DNA of 51,238 nt from Gammaproteobacteria bacterium (GCA_030432795.1 JAUILW010000001.1:1-51238); one strand, 5' to 3'; positions 40,430 through 51,117 are shown, numbered from the stretch's first letter. Notes: a model not told the origin generated them from the letters alone. Numbers and translations: made by a program.

Positions 40430-42997
40430 GTGGCGGGAAATGACGTTAGGGTCCGGCTCAGTCCCGAGGGCGTTCGTGAGGTGCAGCAGGCGCTCCGGCG
40501 CGTGCAGCGGGAATCGGACAAGGTCAACCGGGAAAGCGCGGCCGGTGTCAATAAACTCAGCTCCGCCATCGCCGGCCTCGGCCGCGTTGCTCGGGGCCTG
40601 GGCATCACCGCAGTGGGTACCGGCGTGGTCGCTCTGGCGCGCAATGCCGGCGATGCCGCGGACGCCATCCAGAAGCTGCAGCTGCGCGTGGGGGGCACCG
40701 CCGAGGACCTGTCCGCGCTTGCGTTCCTCACCCGTACCAACGACGTCGAATTCACTCAGCTGGTCGCAACGCTCGGCCGTATCGGCGAGAGGTACGACCT
40801 ACTCAAAACCGGCAACGCGGACGTGGTCCGCCAATTCAGAACCCTGGGTCTGACCTTCGAGGATATCGAGGACCTTTCCGTTCCTGAGATCCTGGAGCTG
40901 ATCGCTCAGCGGATGGCGGCGTTGCCCTCGGCGGTCGAGCGCTCTCGGGTCGCGGTTCGTTTGTTCGGTCGCTCTGGCAACCAGCTGATTCCGTTGTTGC
41001 TCGACCTCGCCCAGCGCGGCCTGCCTGGTGCTGGCGCCGCTGCGCGGGCGTTCGGACTCGAGTTTTCGCAGGCCATGGTCGATGCCGCCGCGACATCGAA
41101 CGATCAGCTAGCTCTGGTGGATGCCCGTATCGATGGCCTGGCGACCCAATTCCGCGCCGGTTTCCTGCCGCAGATTCTGGCCGCGACCGGCGGAGGCGTC
41201 GAGGGCTTCCAGCAGATGGCCGAAGCCGCGCAAACGATGGGCCAGGTGATCGGCCAGGTGATCCGCACCTTCGTGGCTGCTCTGGCGATTCCGGTGAACT
41301 TCGTCACCGCCTTCATTCGCGCTCGGTTCCGCGACCTGGAGGCGTTGTCGATTGCCGGCAAGCAGCTCCTGGAGCGCGACTTCTCCGGCGCCGCGCTGAC
41401 CATCGGCGGTCGCCTCTCCGCCAACGTCGCGGAGATCAAGGACGCCTTTGCCGGCATCGCCGATGACGCGGTGGATGCCTTTGACGCGGCCGTGGGCAAT
41501 CTGCCGGATCTGCCCGAGCCGCCGGATCGCAGCGGCGGTGGTGGTGCCGGTGGCATCGATGACGACCTTGCGAAAATCAAGCGCGAGGAGGCGCAACGGC
41601 TGCAGGTGTTGCGCGCCGGCCTGCAAGCCGAGGCGAGCGTCCGCGCGGCTCAACGGCAACGGGACGCGGATGCCGATCAACGCCTGCTCGATGCCGGCCT
41701 GCTCTCCCTGCAGGAGTTCCTCGATCGCCGGGTGGCTGCCGTGCGTGCTGCCGGCGACGAGCAGGTCCGCGATCTGACCGCGCAGATCGATGCGCTGCGT
41801 GCAACGACGTCTCTGGATCCGCAGGTCCGCGCCAGCCAAATCGCGGCGATCGAGGCGCAGATTGCTGTTGCTCGAATCAACACCGAGCGCGAGCTGGATG
41901 CTCTGTCTGCCGATCGTGTGACGCGCGAGCTGGCTGCCAAGCGCGAGGTGCTGTCCGTTGAGGAGCAGCTGCTCGGCCTGGAAGGGCGGCGCGAGGAGGC
42001 CGCTCGGCTCGCCGTGCAAGCGCAGACGGCTGCCCTGCGTGAACGCCTGCGTGCTGCTGGGCAGTCCGCTTCGACCATCGACGCGCTCGTCTCGCGCTTC
42101 GAGAACGCAAGCCTACGCCGGCTCAACTTCGATGAGGTGGTGCGCAATGCGGAGGCCGCGTTTACCTCCTTGGAAAACGCGCGCACCCGAATCGAGCAGG
42201 ATGTGCAACTGGGCATCACCACGCAGCTGGGCGCCCAGCAGCGGATCCTGCAACTCGAACAAGCGCGGCTCCCGGTGCTGCGGCAAATCGCCGAGGCCTC
42301 GCTGGAAGCGGCAAGGGCAACCGGTGATCCGGCGCTGATCGCCCAGGCGGAACAGCTCGCCCTGCGGGTGCAGCAGGTCGCCGTGTCGGTCGAACTGGCA
42401 AGCAACTCCTTCGCCCGGTTCCGCGACCAAGCCGAGCAGGCGGCTCAAAACCAACTCACCGAGTTCCTCGCCAACGGCATCCAACAGGCCGACTCCCTGA
42501 AGGACGCCTTTAAGCAACTGGCGCGCTCGGTGATTGATGACCTCAAGCGGATTGCCGCGCAGGCGCTCGCCACGTCGATCGTGCGGGGCTTCTCGGGAGC
42601 GTTCGGCAATGGGGCCGGCGCTGTGACGGCGGCCGGTGGCGGCCTGCTCAGCGGGCCTGGAAGCGGGACCTCCGACTCGATTGCGGCGCGCGTATCCAAC
42701 GGCGAGTTCATCGTGCGTGCCGCGTCCGTGGCGCAGCCTGGCGTGCTGCCGCACCTGTTCGAACTGAACCGCAAGGGGGCGAGCGCGTTGCAGCCGTCGG
42801 CTCCGCGGTTCGACTTCCCGCGGTTCAACGAGGGCGGGCTCGCGCAGACCGACATTCGCAGTCCGTTCCGCGGCTCGCTTGAAGTGGGCCTGGCCGATGG
42901 CCTGGAGCTGCGCAATTCGCCCGTGGTCAACGATGCTACGATTCTCGAAATCATCAGGCGCCACCCGCGCCAAATCACGGAGGCGCTCGGGCGATGA
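40430..42997 (+). CDS. Tape measure protein (855 aa)
   Basis: Long Ala/Gln/Arg-rich helical protein after the G/GT pair. GTG start. Confidence 0.85.
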   Translation: MAGNDVRVRLSPEGVREVQQALRRVQRESDKVNRESAAGVNKLSSAIAGLGRVARGLGITAVGTGVVALARNAGDAADAIQKLQLRVGGTAEDLSALAFLTRTNDVEFTQLVATLGRIGERYDLLKTGNADVVRQFRTLGLTFEDIEDLSVPEILELIAQRMAALPSAVERSRVAVRLFGRSGNQLIPLLLDLAQRGLPGAGAAARAFGLEFSQAMVDAAATSNDQLALVDARIDGLATQFRAGFLPQILAATGGGVEGFQQMAEAAQTMGQVIGQVIRTFVAALAIPVNFVTAFIRARFRDLEALSIAGKQLLERDFSGAALTIGGRLSANVAEIKDAFAGIADDAVDAFDAAVGNLPDLPEPPDRSGGGGAGGIDDDLAKIKREEAQRLQVLRAGLQAEASVRAAQRQRDADADQRLLDAGLLSLQEFLDRRVAAVRAAGDEQVRDLTAQIDALRATTSLDPQVRASQIAAIEAQIAVARINTERELDALSADRVTRELAAKREVLSVEEQLLGLEGRREEAARLAVQAQTAALRERLRAAGQSASTIDALVSRFENASLRRLNFDEVVRNAEAAFTSLENARTRIEQDVQLGITTQLGAQQRILQLEQARLPVLRQIAEASLEAARATGDPALIAQAEQLALRVQQVAVSVELASNSFARFRDQAEQAAQNQLTEFLANGIQQADSLKDAFKQLARSVIDDLKRIAAQALATSIVRGFSGAFGNGAGAVTAAGGGLLSGPGSGTSDSIAARVSNGEFIVRAASVAQPGVLPHLFELNRKGASALQPSAPRFDFPRFNEGGLAQTDIRSPFRGSLEVGLADGLELRNSPVVNDATILEIIRRHPRQITEALGR

Positions 42998-44640
42998 GCT
43001 TTGTAACGGGGACCGCGGTCAACTTCCTGGACATGATCGATATCCTGGATGGCTTTCTCACCGATGCGGGCCATGCCTGGGGGCTCACCTATGCCGGTGA
43101 TGGCAATGGCGAGCTGACCAACTACGCGGGTGGTGTCGATTCGGTTTCGGAAACGTTCACCATCACCATGCTTTCGGATGTCGATTTTGATGTGGTCGGC
43201 TCCGTCAGCGGGCACATCGGGTACGGCACCGTCGGGGTCACGTTCTCCGATACCAAGCTCGAATTCGACGTGGTCGAGGGCTCGCAACCGTTCATCGCCG
43301 GGGATGCCTGGACGATCTCGACCTCCGCAAAGTGGACGCTGCTCCGGCGCGATCTGCTCACCGAGTTCTCCGCCAACCAGGGCATCACCGGCGCTAAGAG
43401 CTTCCACACGCTGAACGATGGCCTGGTCGATCGCGGTGCCGGCGATGACCACCTGGAACTGAGCACGCCGTCCTTCCCGATCGAGCTGATCTTCGCCCAT
43501 GAGGTGCCGATCGAGGTGGTCGAGTACGCGATCGCGGTGCCGTCGATCGCCCTGGCGCCGACCGATTGGACGCTCGATTATTGGGAAGAAAGCAGCTCAA
43601 GTTGGGTGACCGCCGACACCGTGGTGTCGCATACCTGGCTGGCTGCGGATGTCTACCAGTCCTTCGCCTTGTCTGCCTCGAAGTCTGCGTTGCGGTGGCG
43701 CCTGAACATCACCGATGGCGATGCCGAGGTTCGGATCAACCAGGTGGCGCTGCGCACCGCCAATGGCGGCATCAACCGGATCGAGGAGTGCGTTGCCTGG
43801 CAGGCGCCGGGCGATGCCGGCGATCGCCCGTTCATTTGCGGGATCAAACCGCTGATCCGCGAGGACCTCGATTACTACACACTCGAGCTGTTCGCGGCGG
43901 ATGCCTGGGCTGCCGGTTCTGAACTTGCGGACCAGTCGAACATCGCGCGAAACAACTACTGCCCGCTGTGGGATGACCCGATCGATTATTGGTTGGTCGC
44001 GCGTGGCAACGGCGTGCGCGCGGTGTTCAAGATCGGGTCGCAGTACGAGACCTTGTCAATCGGCTACCTGGATGCGTACTTCCCGCCGAACGAGTACCCG
44101 TCGCCGCTCCTGCTCGGCGGCTCTCTGGCTGCGTTCACCTCCGACCAGGAGTACCGCGGTGCGCGCTTCAACTCTGACATGCGGTTCTCCGAATCGCGGC
44201 GCAACCATTCGGTGTATTGCAACTGCGGCCTGACCGGCGCGTTGAATACCTCGCAGTACACCCAGGCGAACCAGGAGCGGATGACCTGCCGCGTTCGGAT
44301 GTTCGATGGCACCTATCGCGGCTTCTACTCGAACAACGACGGGAACTTCGATTACCACGACCTCCTGGAAGGAGCGCCTCCGCTGCAGCCTGGGAACATT
44401 TTTCCGTACCTGGGCGGTTTCGGTTCCGTGTCCGTCGGGCTCGATGGCACGCCGTTGCTATGGGATATCTTTCTGGCAACTCCCACCGATATCCTCGGCG
44501 AGCTGCCGGGTGTCAAAGCGGTCAGCGGTGACAACGTAAGCGCCGAGACCGTGATCCGTTCCGGCGCGATAGACTACGTGGCCTTTCCCAACGTGACCCG
44601 CACCAGCCTGAACGAGTTTTTCGCGCTGGCGCTCGATTAA
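42994..44640 (+). CDS. Tail-tip/baseplate-associated protein of unknown family (548 aa)
   Basis: ATGA coupling to the tape measure gene. The N-terminal FLDMIDILDGFLTDAGHAW motif is shared in type with the next gene. Confidence 0.7.
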   Translation: MSFVTGTAVNFLDMIDILDGFLTDAGHAWGLTYAGDGNGELTNYAGGVDSVSETFTITMLSDVDFDVVGSVSGHIGYGTVGVTFSDTKLEFDVVEGSQPFIAGDAWTISTSAKWTLLRRDLLTEFSANQGITGAKSFHTLNDGLVDRGAGDDHLELSTPSFPIELIFAHEVPIEVVEYAIAVPSIALAPTDWTLDYWEESSSSWVTADTVVSHTWLAADVYQSFALSASKSALRWRLNITDGDAEVRINQVALRTANGGINRIEECVAWQAPGDAGDRPFICGIKPLIREDLDYYTLELFAADAWAAGSELADQSNIARNNYCPLWDDPIDYWLVARGNGVRAVFKIGSQYETLSIGYLDAYFPPNEYPSPLLLGGSLAAFTSDQEYRGARFNSDMRFSESRRNHSVYCNCGLTGALNTSQYTQANQERMTCRVRMFDGTYRGFYSNNDGNFDYHDLLEGAPPLQPGNIFPYLGGFGSVSVGLDGTPLLWDIFLATPTDILGELPGVKAVSGDNVSAETVIRSGAIDYVAFPNVTRTSLNEFFALALD

Positions 44641-44653
44641 GGAGGACCCGTTC

Positions 44654-45658
44654 GTGGCCTACTCAACCGGTACCGCCGCATCTCCTACCGCGCTTCTGCA
44701 GGCGCTGGCAACGTTCCTGGTCGCCCAGGGCTGGACCTCCGCCGCCGCCGCCGTCGATGGCTCCGGGTACCGTGCTCACCTGCACAAGGGCGGGGTGTAC
44801 GCGAACTTCCGCGCCGCCGAGAACGAGCAGATTTGGGACTCGAACAACACCGGCTCCGGCTATGGCATCGGGCTGTACCTGGGGACCGGTTACTCGGGTG
44901 CCGCCGATTGGCAGGACCAGGCTGGCGGTCCCTCGGTGAGCTCTGAAAACTTCGGGGTTGGCATGATCCTTCCCGCGGGCCCGTTCGTTGCCCATCATTT
45001 CCACGCCGATGGTGCCGACAACATCTTCGTGGCCGTCGAGCACACCGGTGGGGTGTTCGGCTATCTCGGTTTCGGTCTGGCCTTGTCGAAGGAAACGCAC
45101 GCTCAGGACCTGCCTTACTTCTTCGGCTCGATGGCTGGCTTCTACACCACCAGCCTGCAGGGCGTCTCGACCATCAACCATGGCACGCTCGCGGTGTCCG
45201 GTACCGAACCGTTCGCGGTGCATCAAACCAGCGACACATTCCTGAATGCGACCGGTTTCGTGAAGGTGCCGAGCAGCATCCAGCCGTCGGCCAACAACTG
45301 GGTATCGAACGGCGTAGGCGCCTCTCCAAGCGGCGCCACCGGGGTCCGCCTGGGCGTGCCGTTTCACTCGGTGCTGAACTTCAACTCGAGCGGAGCGGTG
45401 CTCAACGAACACCCGCGGTGGGATTATCTAAAGATCATCGATCGCCGGGTCGCCACCGCCTACGCGCGCGCCTTTCTCGCGCCGCCGATGCTGTTCGCTC
45501 CCGACAGCATCACCTCTCGGTGGATCTACCTCGGCTCCGCGCCGAGTGTCTTCGGCTGCGGTGCGGTCGGCAACGGGTGGGCCGCCGGGGATACGCTCAC
45601 CGTCGGCGGCCTCGATTATCTGGTCTACCCGAACATCGCCTGCAGGCACGTTCCCTGA
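44654..45658 (+). CDS. Tail-associated protein of unknown family (334 aa)
   Basis: GGAGGA RBS with a GTG start. N-terminus LLQALATFLVAQGW. Confidence 0.7.
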   Translation: MAYSTGTAASPTALLQALATFLVAQGWTSAAAAVDGSGYRAHLHKGGVYANFRAAENEQIWDSNNTGSGYGIGLYLGTGYSGAADWQDQAGGPSVSSENFGVGMILPAGPFVAHHFHADGADNIFVAVEHTGGVFGYLGFGLALSKETHAQDLPYFFGSMAGFYTTSLQGVSTINHGTLAVSGTEPFAVHQTSDTFLNATGFVKVPSSIQPSANNWVSNGVGASPSGATGVRLGVPFHSVLNFNSSGAVLNEHPRWDYLKIIDRRVATAYARAFLAPPMLFAPDSITSRWIYLGSAPSVFGCGAVGNGWAAGDTLTVGGLDYLVYPNIACRHVP

Positions 45659-45801
45659 TGCCGCGGTACAACTACTGGCTGCTGGTGTTATTCGTGTTGT
45701 TGATCGTGCTGGTTTCCTGGTTGCTGCTCTCCGCTGATCGGATCCCACCGAAGCATCCGACGGACCTGCGTGCCGTGCCGGTGGAGCCGGTGCATCCCTG
45801 A
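45658..45801 (+). CDS. Small single-pass membrane protein (47 aa)
   Basis: TGATG coupling. Contains YWLLVLFVLLIVLVSWLLL. Confidence 0.5.
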   Translation: MPRYNYWLLVLFVLLIVLVSWLLLSADRIPPKHPTDLRAVPVEPVHP

Positions 45802-45844
45802 TCCGGCCGTGGTGTCTGGCTGCCGCTGCGGGCAGACTTAGCGC

Positions 45845-46918
45845 ATGGCTGCTCCTAACCCCATAGGGCTCACCGCCGGCTTGCACTCCGAGCAGGCTGG
45901 CGTGCTCGACGCCGCGGATCTGGATACACCGGTTGCCCAGGGGCTGACCGGTGTGGTGGTGTCTCCGGTGCTCGATTCGGTTACCGGCACCGGCCGCTCC
46001 AACGTGATCCCAAGCTGGGAGCAGTCCGTGGTCGGCCGGCTATCCGAGCTCTTTGGCGCGCTGACCTGGTGGGAGCGGATCCACGTGACGCCGTTCTCGC
46101 GCGATTTCGGTTTCCACCTATCGACGCAGCAGATCAGCGTCTACGTCTGGAATGCCTCGCGCCTGGTCGCCCGCATCTCCAGCGATTACGAGGTCACCGG
46201 CGAAGATGGGGTGTCGCTGGTGTCTCCGCCGAATTTCCCGCTGCACTTTCCGGCTGGCGATGAGGTCGAGTTCACCGTCGAGGTGTCCGAGGACGGCGCT
46301 CCCGATTTTCTAAATAACGTCGTGTTCCGGTTCCCGAACTTCACCGATGGCGAGACCGACGCGGTGCTGTTCGGCACGCGCGTGGTGCCCTGGCCTATCG
46401 ATCCCTCGGGCTTCATCACCGAGGGGTATGGGTACCTCACGCGCATCATCCGCTCGATGTCCGACGCCGAGCAGCGGGCGGCGCTCAAGCGCGAGCCGGT
46501 GCGTACCTGGACCTTCGACTTCGTCCTGGTGGGCCGCGACTCGCGCGTTGCCCAGGCGCTCCTCTACGGGTGGTCGGCGCGTCCGTTCGGCTTGCCGATG
46601 TGGTACGAGGAGACCGTGCTCGATGCGGCCGTCTCGGCCGGTGAGACCGTCTTGCCGGCCGACGTGGATCTGCGCGACTGGGATCAGTTTGCTCTGCTCT
46701 GGCAAAACCCATGGACCTATGAAGCGGTCCTGATTGAGGACGTGACCTCCAACGGGCTCGAGCTGGGCACTTCTCTGCTCGCGGATTGGCCCGCCGGGAC
46801 CCGGCTTTACCCGGTGCGGCTCGCCCGCATCGACGCGCGTTCGCAGCTCAGTTATCGGTCGCTCGAATCCGCCACCTACCGGGTCACCTTTCGCGCCGAG
46901 TCCTGGCGAAACACCTAG
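45845..46918 (+). CDS. Tail protein, possible distal-tail-family paralog (357 aa)
   Basis: The C-terminal half has AQALLYGWSARPFGLPMWYEE, a motif type shared with 47274..47897 (AFRAWVDSHLGALVPFWVP). Confidence 0.65.
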   Translation: MAAPNPIGLTAGLHSEQAGVLDAADLDTPVAQGLTGVVVSPVLDSVTGTGRSNVIPSWEQSVVGRLSELFGALTWWERIHVTPFSRDFGFHLSTQQISVYVWNASRLVARISSDYEVTGEDGVSLVSPPNFPLHFPAGDEVEFTVEVSEDGAPDFLNNVVFRFPNFTDGETDAVLFGTRVVPWPIDPSGFITEGYGYLTRIIRSMSDAEQRAALKREPVRTWTFDFVLVGRDSRVAQALLYGWSARPFGLPMWYEETVLDAAVSAGETVLPADVDLRDWDQFALLWQNPWTYEAVLIEDVTSNGLELGTSLLADWPAGTRLYPVRLARIDARSQLSYRSLESATYRVTFRAESWRNT

Positions 46919-47073
46919 CCGCGCGCAACAAATCGGACGCCAAATATTCCGCGAATTATTCCGGCCGGCCGGCGCCGCCCGGCGGAGTAGCACGTCCGCG
47001 GTCGGCGCCGTAAACTTCCGGGGCGATATTGCTGAACCACTCGCTTCCGAAACCCAACCGGGGAGACACCACG

Positions 47074-47277
47074 ATGCCCGAACTTCGACCGCTGACCGAG
47101 TACCAATGGGGGGTGTATTCCTCCGCCGGAGATCTGATCGACGCCTGCACCAGCCGTGCCGATGCTCGACTTGCTCGCCGTGAACGCGAACGCGAGGCGA
47201 TGCACCGCGAGAAGTTTTACGTCAACATGATGGAGGTCCTTTACCGGCCGATTTCGGGCCGGTCCGGGCGTGGATGA
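47074..47277 (+). CDS. Hypothetical small protein (67 aa)
   Basis: GGGGAG RBS. ATGA coupling to the downstream gene. Confidence 0.55.
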   Translation: MPELRPLTEYQWGVYSSAGDLIDACTSRADARLARREREREAMHREKFYVNMMEVLYRPISGRSGRG

Positions 47278-47897
47278 CCACCTACCAGGGGTATCAAGTT
47301 CTCGACCAGGTCACTCCTGATCGGGGTGATGGGCAGCCGCATGAGTTCCTGCGGCCGCAATTTGTTCTGAGTAACGCGCCGGGTCGATCTCGATTCAACC
47401 CGCGCCGGGTCGCCGCCTCCGCCGGCTACGAGTTCACCTGGGTCTGTACCTCGCGCACCGCCAAGCGCGCTTTCCGCGCCTGGGTCGATAGCCACCTCGG
47501 TGCGCTGGTGCCGTTTTGGGTACCCACCTATCGCCGCGACCTGGTGATCGTCACCGATGGCCAGCCGTCGGATACCGACCTGCAGATCCAACGCTCCGAC
47601 TACGTCCGGCATCAGTTTCCGCATGGCAACGGCCGCCGGCACCTGGCGATTTGGGAATCCGGGACCACTCCGGCGCTCTTTCGGGGCGTGCTCTCGGCTA
47701 CCGAGGAGGCCGGGCACGAGAACCTGGTTCTCGATGGTGCGCTGGGCGTCGAGGTCACCACCGCCACCCTGGTGTCGTTTCTGATGCTGGTCCGGCTGGC
47801 CGATGATGTCGCTCAACTCGAGCACCATGGGCCCGAGTACGGCGAGGTCACCGTGTCGGTGGTGGAAGTCCCGGCCGAGGTGCCGACGCCGGCTTAG
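47274..47897 (+). CDS. Putative distal tail protein (GTA g12/DUF2460-like)
   Basis: Size (about 207 aa), position directly before the BR0599-type hub gene, and the F..W......G...PFW.P motif. Confidence 0.5.
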   Translation: MTTYQGYQVLDQVTPDRGDGQPHEFLRPQFVLSNAPGRSRFNPRRVAASAGYEFTWVCTSRTAKRAFRAWVDSHLGALVPFWVPTYRRDLVIVTDGQPSDTDLQIQRSDYVRHQFPHGNGRRHLAIWESGTTPALFRGVLSATEEAGHENLVLDGALGVEVTTATLVSFLMLVRLADDVAQLEHHGPEYGEVTVSVVEVPAEVPTPA

Positions 47898-47934
47898 GGT
47901 TGCCGGCGCCGCCTCCAGGGCCGACCATAGCCGC

Positions 47935-48732
47935 ATGACGTTCAACGCCGCCGAAACCTCCACCCATGATGGTCAGCCGGTCCGGTGCTATCGCTTTGCG
48001 CATGGTGCCTCGATCTGGCGCCACACCAGTGCCGATCGCGCGATCGTCATCACCGATGGCACGTTCCTGCCTGAAGCGATTGAGGAGGGCTCGATCCATC
48101 GCTCGCGCGAGTGGGATTCCGGGGGCGTGGAGCTGACCGTCGATCGCTCGCACCCGGTGGCGTTGCTGTTCGGTGCAAGCCGGCCGCGCGAGCCGGTGCT
48201 GCTGACCATCTACGCGGTGCAGCGGCTGCAGGATGATGTCTTCCCGGTTCGCTTTAACGGCGAGGTGGCGCGCGCCGTGCCGCAGGACCACAGCGTCTCC
48301 CTGCATTGCGTGCCGATCTCCTATCGCATGAAGCGCCGCGTTCCCTACCTGCGCTACTCGGCGTTGTGCCCGCTCGCCCTGTATGGCTCCCGCTGCGGGG
48401 TGGACCGTGAACTGTTCCGTCAGCGCGTGGTGGTGGCAAGCGTGAGCGTCTCCCTGGTGCAGTCCGCGGCGTTTTCGGGCTTCCCTGATGGCTGGTTCAC
48501 CAACGGCTACCTCCGCACGCTGGGCGGCGAGACGCGCTTCGTGGTGGCGCACACCGGCGATCTGGTGACGCTCGAATATCCGCTGGCGATCTCGGCCGGC
48601 GAGGCCATCGACGCTTTCCCTGGCTGCGACCGATCCGAGGCGACCTGCACGTCGAAGTTCAACAACTTCGAGAACCACCTGGGCTTCGCTCACATTCCGA
48701 ACCGCGATCTGTTCGGCAAGGCGGTCGAGTAG
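47935..48732 (+). CDS. Tail hub protein, DUF2163 / phage BR0599 family (GTA g13-like)
   Basis: The C-terminal FPGCDRSEATCTSKFNNFENHLGFAHIPNRDLF is the characteristic BR0599 motif. Confidence 0.75.
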   Translation: MTFNAAETSTHDGQPVRCYRFAHGASIWRHTSADRAIVITDGTFLPEAIEEGSIHRSREWDSGGVELTVDRSHPVALLFGASRPREPVLLTIYAVQRLQDDVFPVRFNGEVARAVPQDHSVSLHCVPISYRMKRRVPYLRYSALCPLALYGSRCGVDRELFRQRVVVASVSVSLVQSAAFSGFPDGWFTNGYLRTLGGETRFVVAHTGDLVTLEYPLAISAGEAIDAFPGCDRSEATCTSKFNNFENHLGFAHIPNRDLFGKAVE

Positions 48733-51117
48733 ATGTGGCAGCTGCTCTGGTATGTCTTCACCCTGATCCTTTCCGAGGCGCTGCGGCCGAAGCCTAAAGA
48801 CGTTCCGACCGCGAGCCTGGGCGACTTCCAATTTCCTACCGCCGAAAACGGCCGGCCGATTCCGATGGCGATCGGCACCGTGAAGGTGGCCGGTGCAAAC
48901 ATCGTCTGGTATGGCGACTACCGGAAGCGCACGCTGAAGAAGCGCAGCGGGCTTTTCGGCGGCTCGACCGTTGTCGGTGCTGAGTACTACCTCGGTTTTC
49001 AGGCGGCGATTTGCGGTCCGTGCGATGCGCTGGTGGCGCTCGAATGGGACGACAAGCCGGTCGAGTACTCCACCGCCGACCTGGGCGATCATGACCGCCT
49101 GACCATATCGTCGCCTGGTTTGTTTGGCGGCCGCGACTCCGAGGGCGGCGTTGCCGGCGAGATGGACTTCTACTTCGGCACCGATACGCAAACCGCAAAC
49201 GATTACCTGGCAACGCAGTTTGGTTCGGTGCCTGCCTATCGGGGCGTGACCTACGCGGTCGCTCGCCAGATGTACCTGGGCACCACAAAGTATGTGAAGT
49301 CGCCCGCGTGGGTAGTCCGGCATTGCCCGAACTCGCTAGGGCTGACCGCCGACCGGCACATTATCAACGGCCGTTCGTCCAACATCGCTTGCGCCGTGTA
49401 CTACCTACTCACCGACACCGAGTTCGGCATGGGCATGCCTGCAAGCCAAATCGATACCGCCACCTTCGTCGCCGTCGGCAACCAGCTGCACTCCGAGGGT
49501 ATCGGGGTTAATTTCCTGTTCGATTCGATCTCCGTTGGTGGCGAGCTCGTTGAGGACATGCTCCGCCACGCGGATGCGTTCTGGTACATCAATCCGGAGA
49601 CCGGGCTGTTCTCGATCGGCCTGGTGCGCGATGACTACGTGATCGGCGATCTGCCGGTGCTCGGTGAAGATGAGATCGTAAACGTCCGGGTCGAGGAGCC
49701 GAGCTGGTCGGATCTCGTGAACTACACCACCGTCGAATACATCGATGCCGAGTTCCGCCGCAAATCGCTGCCCTATCCAAACCTCGCGGGCATCGAGCGC
49801 CGCGGGGAGATCGAGGCGCGTACCGTTCAATACCTGGGCCTCGACTCCGACGAGGCCGCACAGCGCGTTGCTGCGCGCCTTTCCAAACGGGCCGGCTACC
49901 CGCTGAAGGTCGCCGAGTTCACCACGAACCGGATTGCCTGGAACTTCCACGAGGGTAAGCCGTTCGTCTGGACCGGCTACCCGTACTCGAGCACCGCGCG
50001 CGTGATGCGCGTGGTCGAGATCGACACCGGCACGCTGGAAACCGGCGAGATCCAGATGCGGACCACCGAGGACATCTTCTCCATCGATGACGTCGCCTAC
50101 GGGGCTCCCGCTTCCGACTTCGTGGATCCGGCATCCGATGCGGCCGAGCTGACCGATGCGCTCCTCCTGGAGGTGCCCTATCACCTGCAGGCCGGCTCCG
50201 AGGCCATCAACGCCATGGTGGTCGCGGCGCGCTCCAACCAATCCATCACCGGCGCCGAGATCTGGTCCGATCGATCTGGCGGCTCCGCCTATACGCAATC
50301 CGGCACGCTGGAGGTGTTCTCCGGGCGGGGGCTGCTGGTCGGTGCTTATGATCCTGGCATGGGCGTCGATGCCACCGGCTTCACGGTCGATGGCGGTACC
50401 GACCTGGTGGATCTCGAAAGCATCAGCGAGACCGAGTTCCAACGCGGAAGCGTGCTCGCGCTCATCGATGATGAGCTGTTCGCGTTCCGCGATGTGACCA
50501 ATAACGGCGATGGCACGTTCACGTTCTCGCGGGTGATCCGGGCGGTGTTCGACACCGTGCCGCGTCCGCATGCCGACAACGCGCCGGTCTACTTTCTGAC
50601 GGCCGTCACCAACTTCGATGAGGCGCCGCTCGGAGTCGATGGGTCGCTGAGCGTTAAGCTGCTGCCCTACACCGATCGCACCGTGCTCTCCCTGGGGGAT
50701 GTCTCGGCGCTCGCGCTAACCACCGACTCCCGCGCTGCGCGCGCGTACCCGCCGGGCAACGTGAAGGTGAACGGGGACGTCGATCCGCCGGAGGTGGTGG
50801 GCGATGCGGCGATCACCTGGTCGCACCGGAACCGCGTCACGCAATATGCGGCCGATCAAATCGTGCAGCAGGACGTCAGCTCGGGCTACTCGGCGGAGGG
50901 CGATTATCTGCTGGAGTTCTGGATCGATGGCGTGCTGCGTTCCTCCGCAAACACCACCGGCACCTCGCACACCTACACCGAGGCGCAGCGGATCTCCGAT
51001 TTCGGCTCCGATCTGCTCGCCGAGGTCGAGGTGCGACTCTACGGGCGAAACGCGGACCTGACCACGCGTTCGGCGTTCTATCAGCGCCTGGTGTTCTCGA
51101 TGTTCTCTCCGAGCTGA
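48733..51117 (+). CDS. Tail-tip host-specificity protein (lambda J / GTA g15-like, 794 aa)
   Basis: N-terminus FPTAENGRPIPMAIGTVKVAGANIVWYGD. It is the last gene of the tail module. Confidence 0.8.
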   Translation: MWQLLWYVFTLILSEALRPKPKDVPTASLGDFQFPTAENGRPIPMAIGTVKVAGANIVWYGDYRKRTLKKRSGLFGGSTVVGAEYYLGFQAAICGPCDALVALEWDDKPVEYSTADLGDHDRLTISSPGLFGGRDSEGGVAGEMDFYFGTDTQTANDYLATQFGSVPAYRGVTYAVARQMYLGTTKYVKSPAWVVRHCPNSLGLTADRHIINGRSSNIACAVYYLLTDTEFGMGMPASQIDTATFVAVGNQLHSEGIGVNFLFDSISVGGELVEDMLRHADAFWYINPETGLFSIGLVRDDYVIGDLPVLGEDEIVNVRVEEPSWSDLVNYTTVEYIDAEFRRKSLPYPNLAGIERRGEIEARTVQYLGLDSDEAAQRVAARLSKRAGYPLKVAEFTTNRIAWNFHEGKPFVWTGYPYSSTARVMRVVEIDTGTLETGEIQMRTTEDIFSIDDVAYGAPASDFVDPASDAAELTDALLLEVPYHLQAGSEAINAMVVAARSNQSITGAEIWSDRSGGSAYTQSGTLEVFSGRGLLVGAYDPGMGVDATGFTVDGGTDLVDLESISETEFQRGSVLALIDDELFAFRDVTNNGDGTFTFSRVIRAVFDTVPRPHADNAPVYFLTAVTNFDEAPLGVDGSLSVKLLPYTDRTVLSLGDVSALALTTDSRAARAYPPGNVKVNGDVDPPEVVGDAAITWSHRNRVTQYAADQIVQQDVSSGYSAEGDYLLEFWIDGVLRSSANTTGTSHTYTEAQRISDFGSDLLAEVEVRLYGRNADLTTRSAFYQRLVFSMFSPS

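Noticed and set aside
50349-51117. Diversity-generating retroelement (template/variable repeat) as the explanation for the two diverged J-like C-terminal copies.
   Set aside because: No reverse transcriptase is present in the window. The substitutions are not adenine-specific. They are mostly synonymous and spread over the whole segment, which is consistent with allelic divergence.
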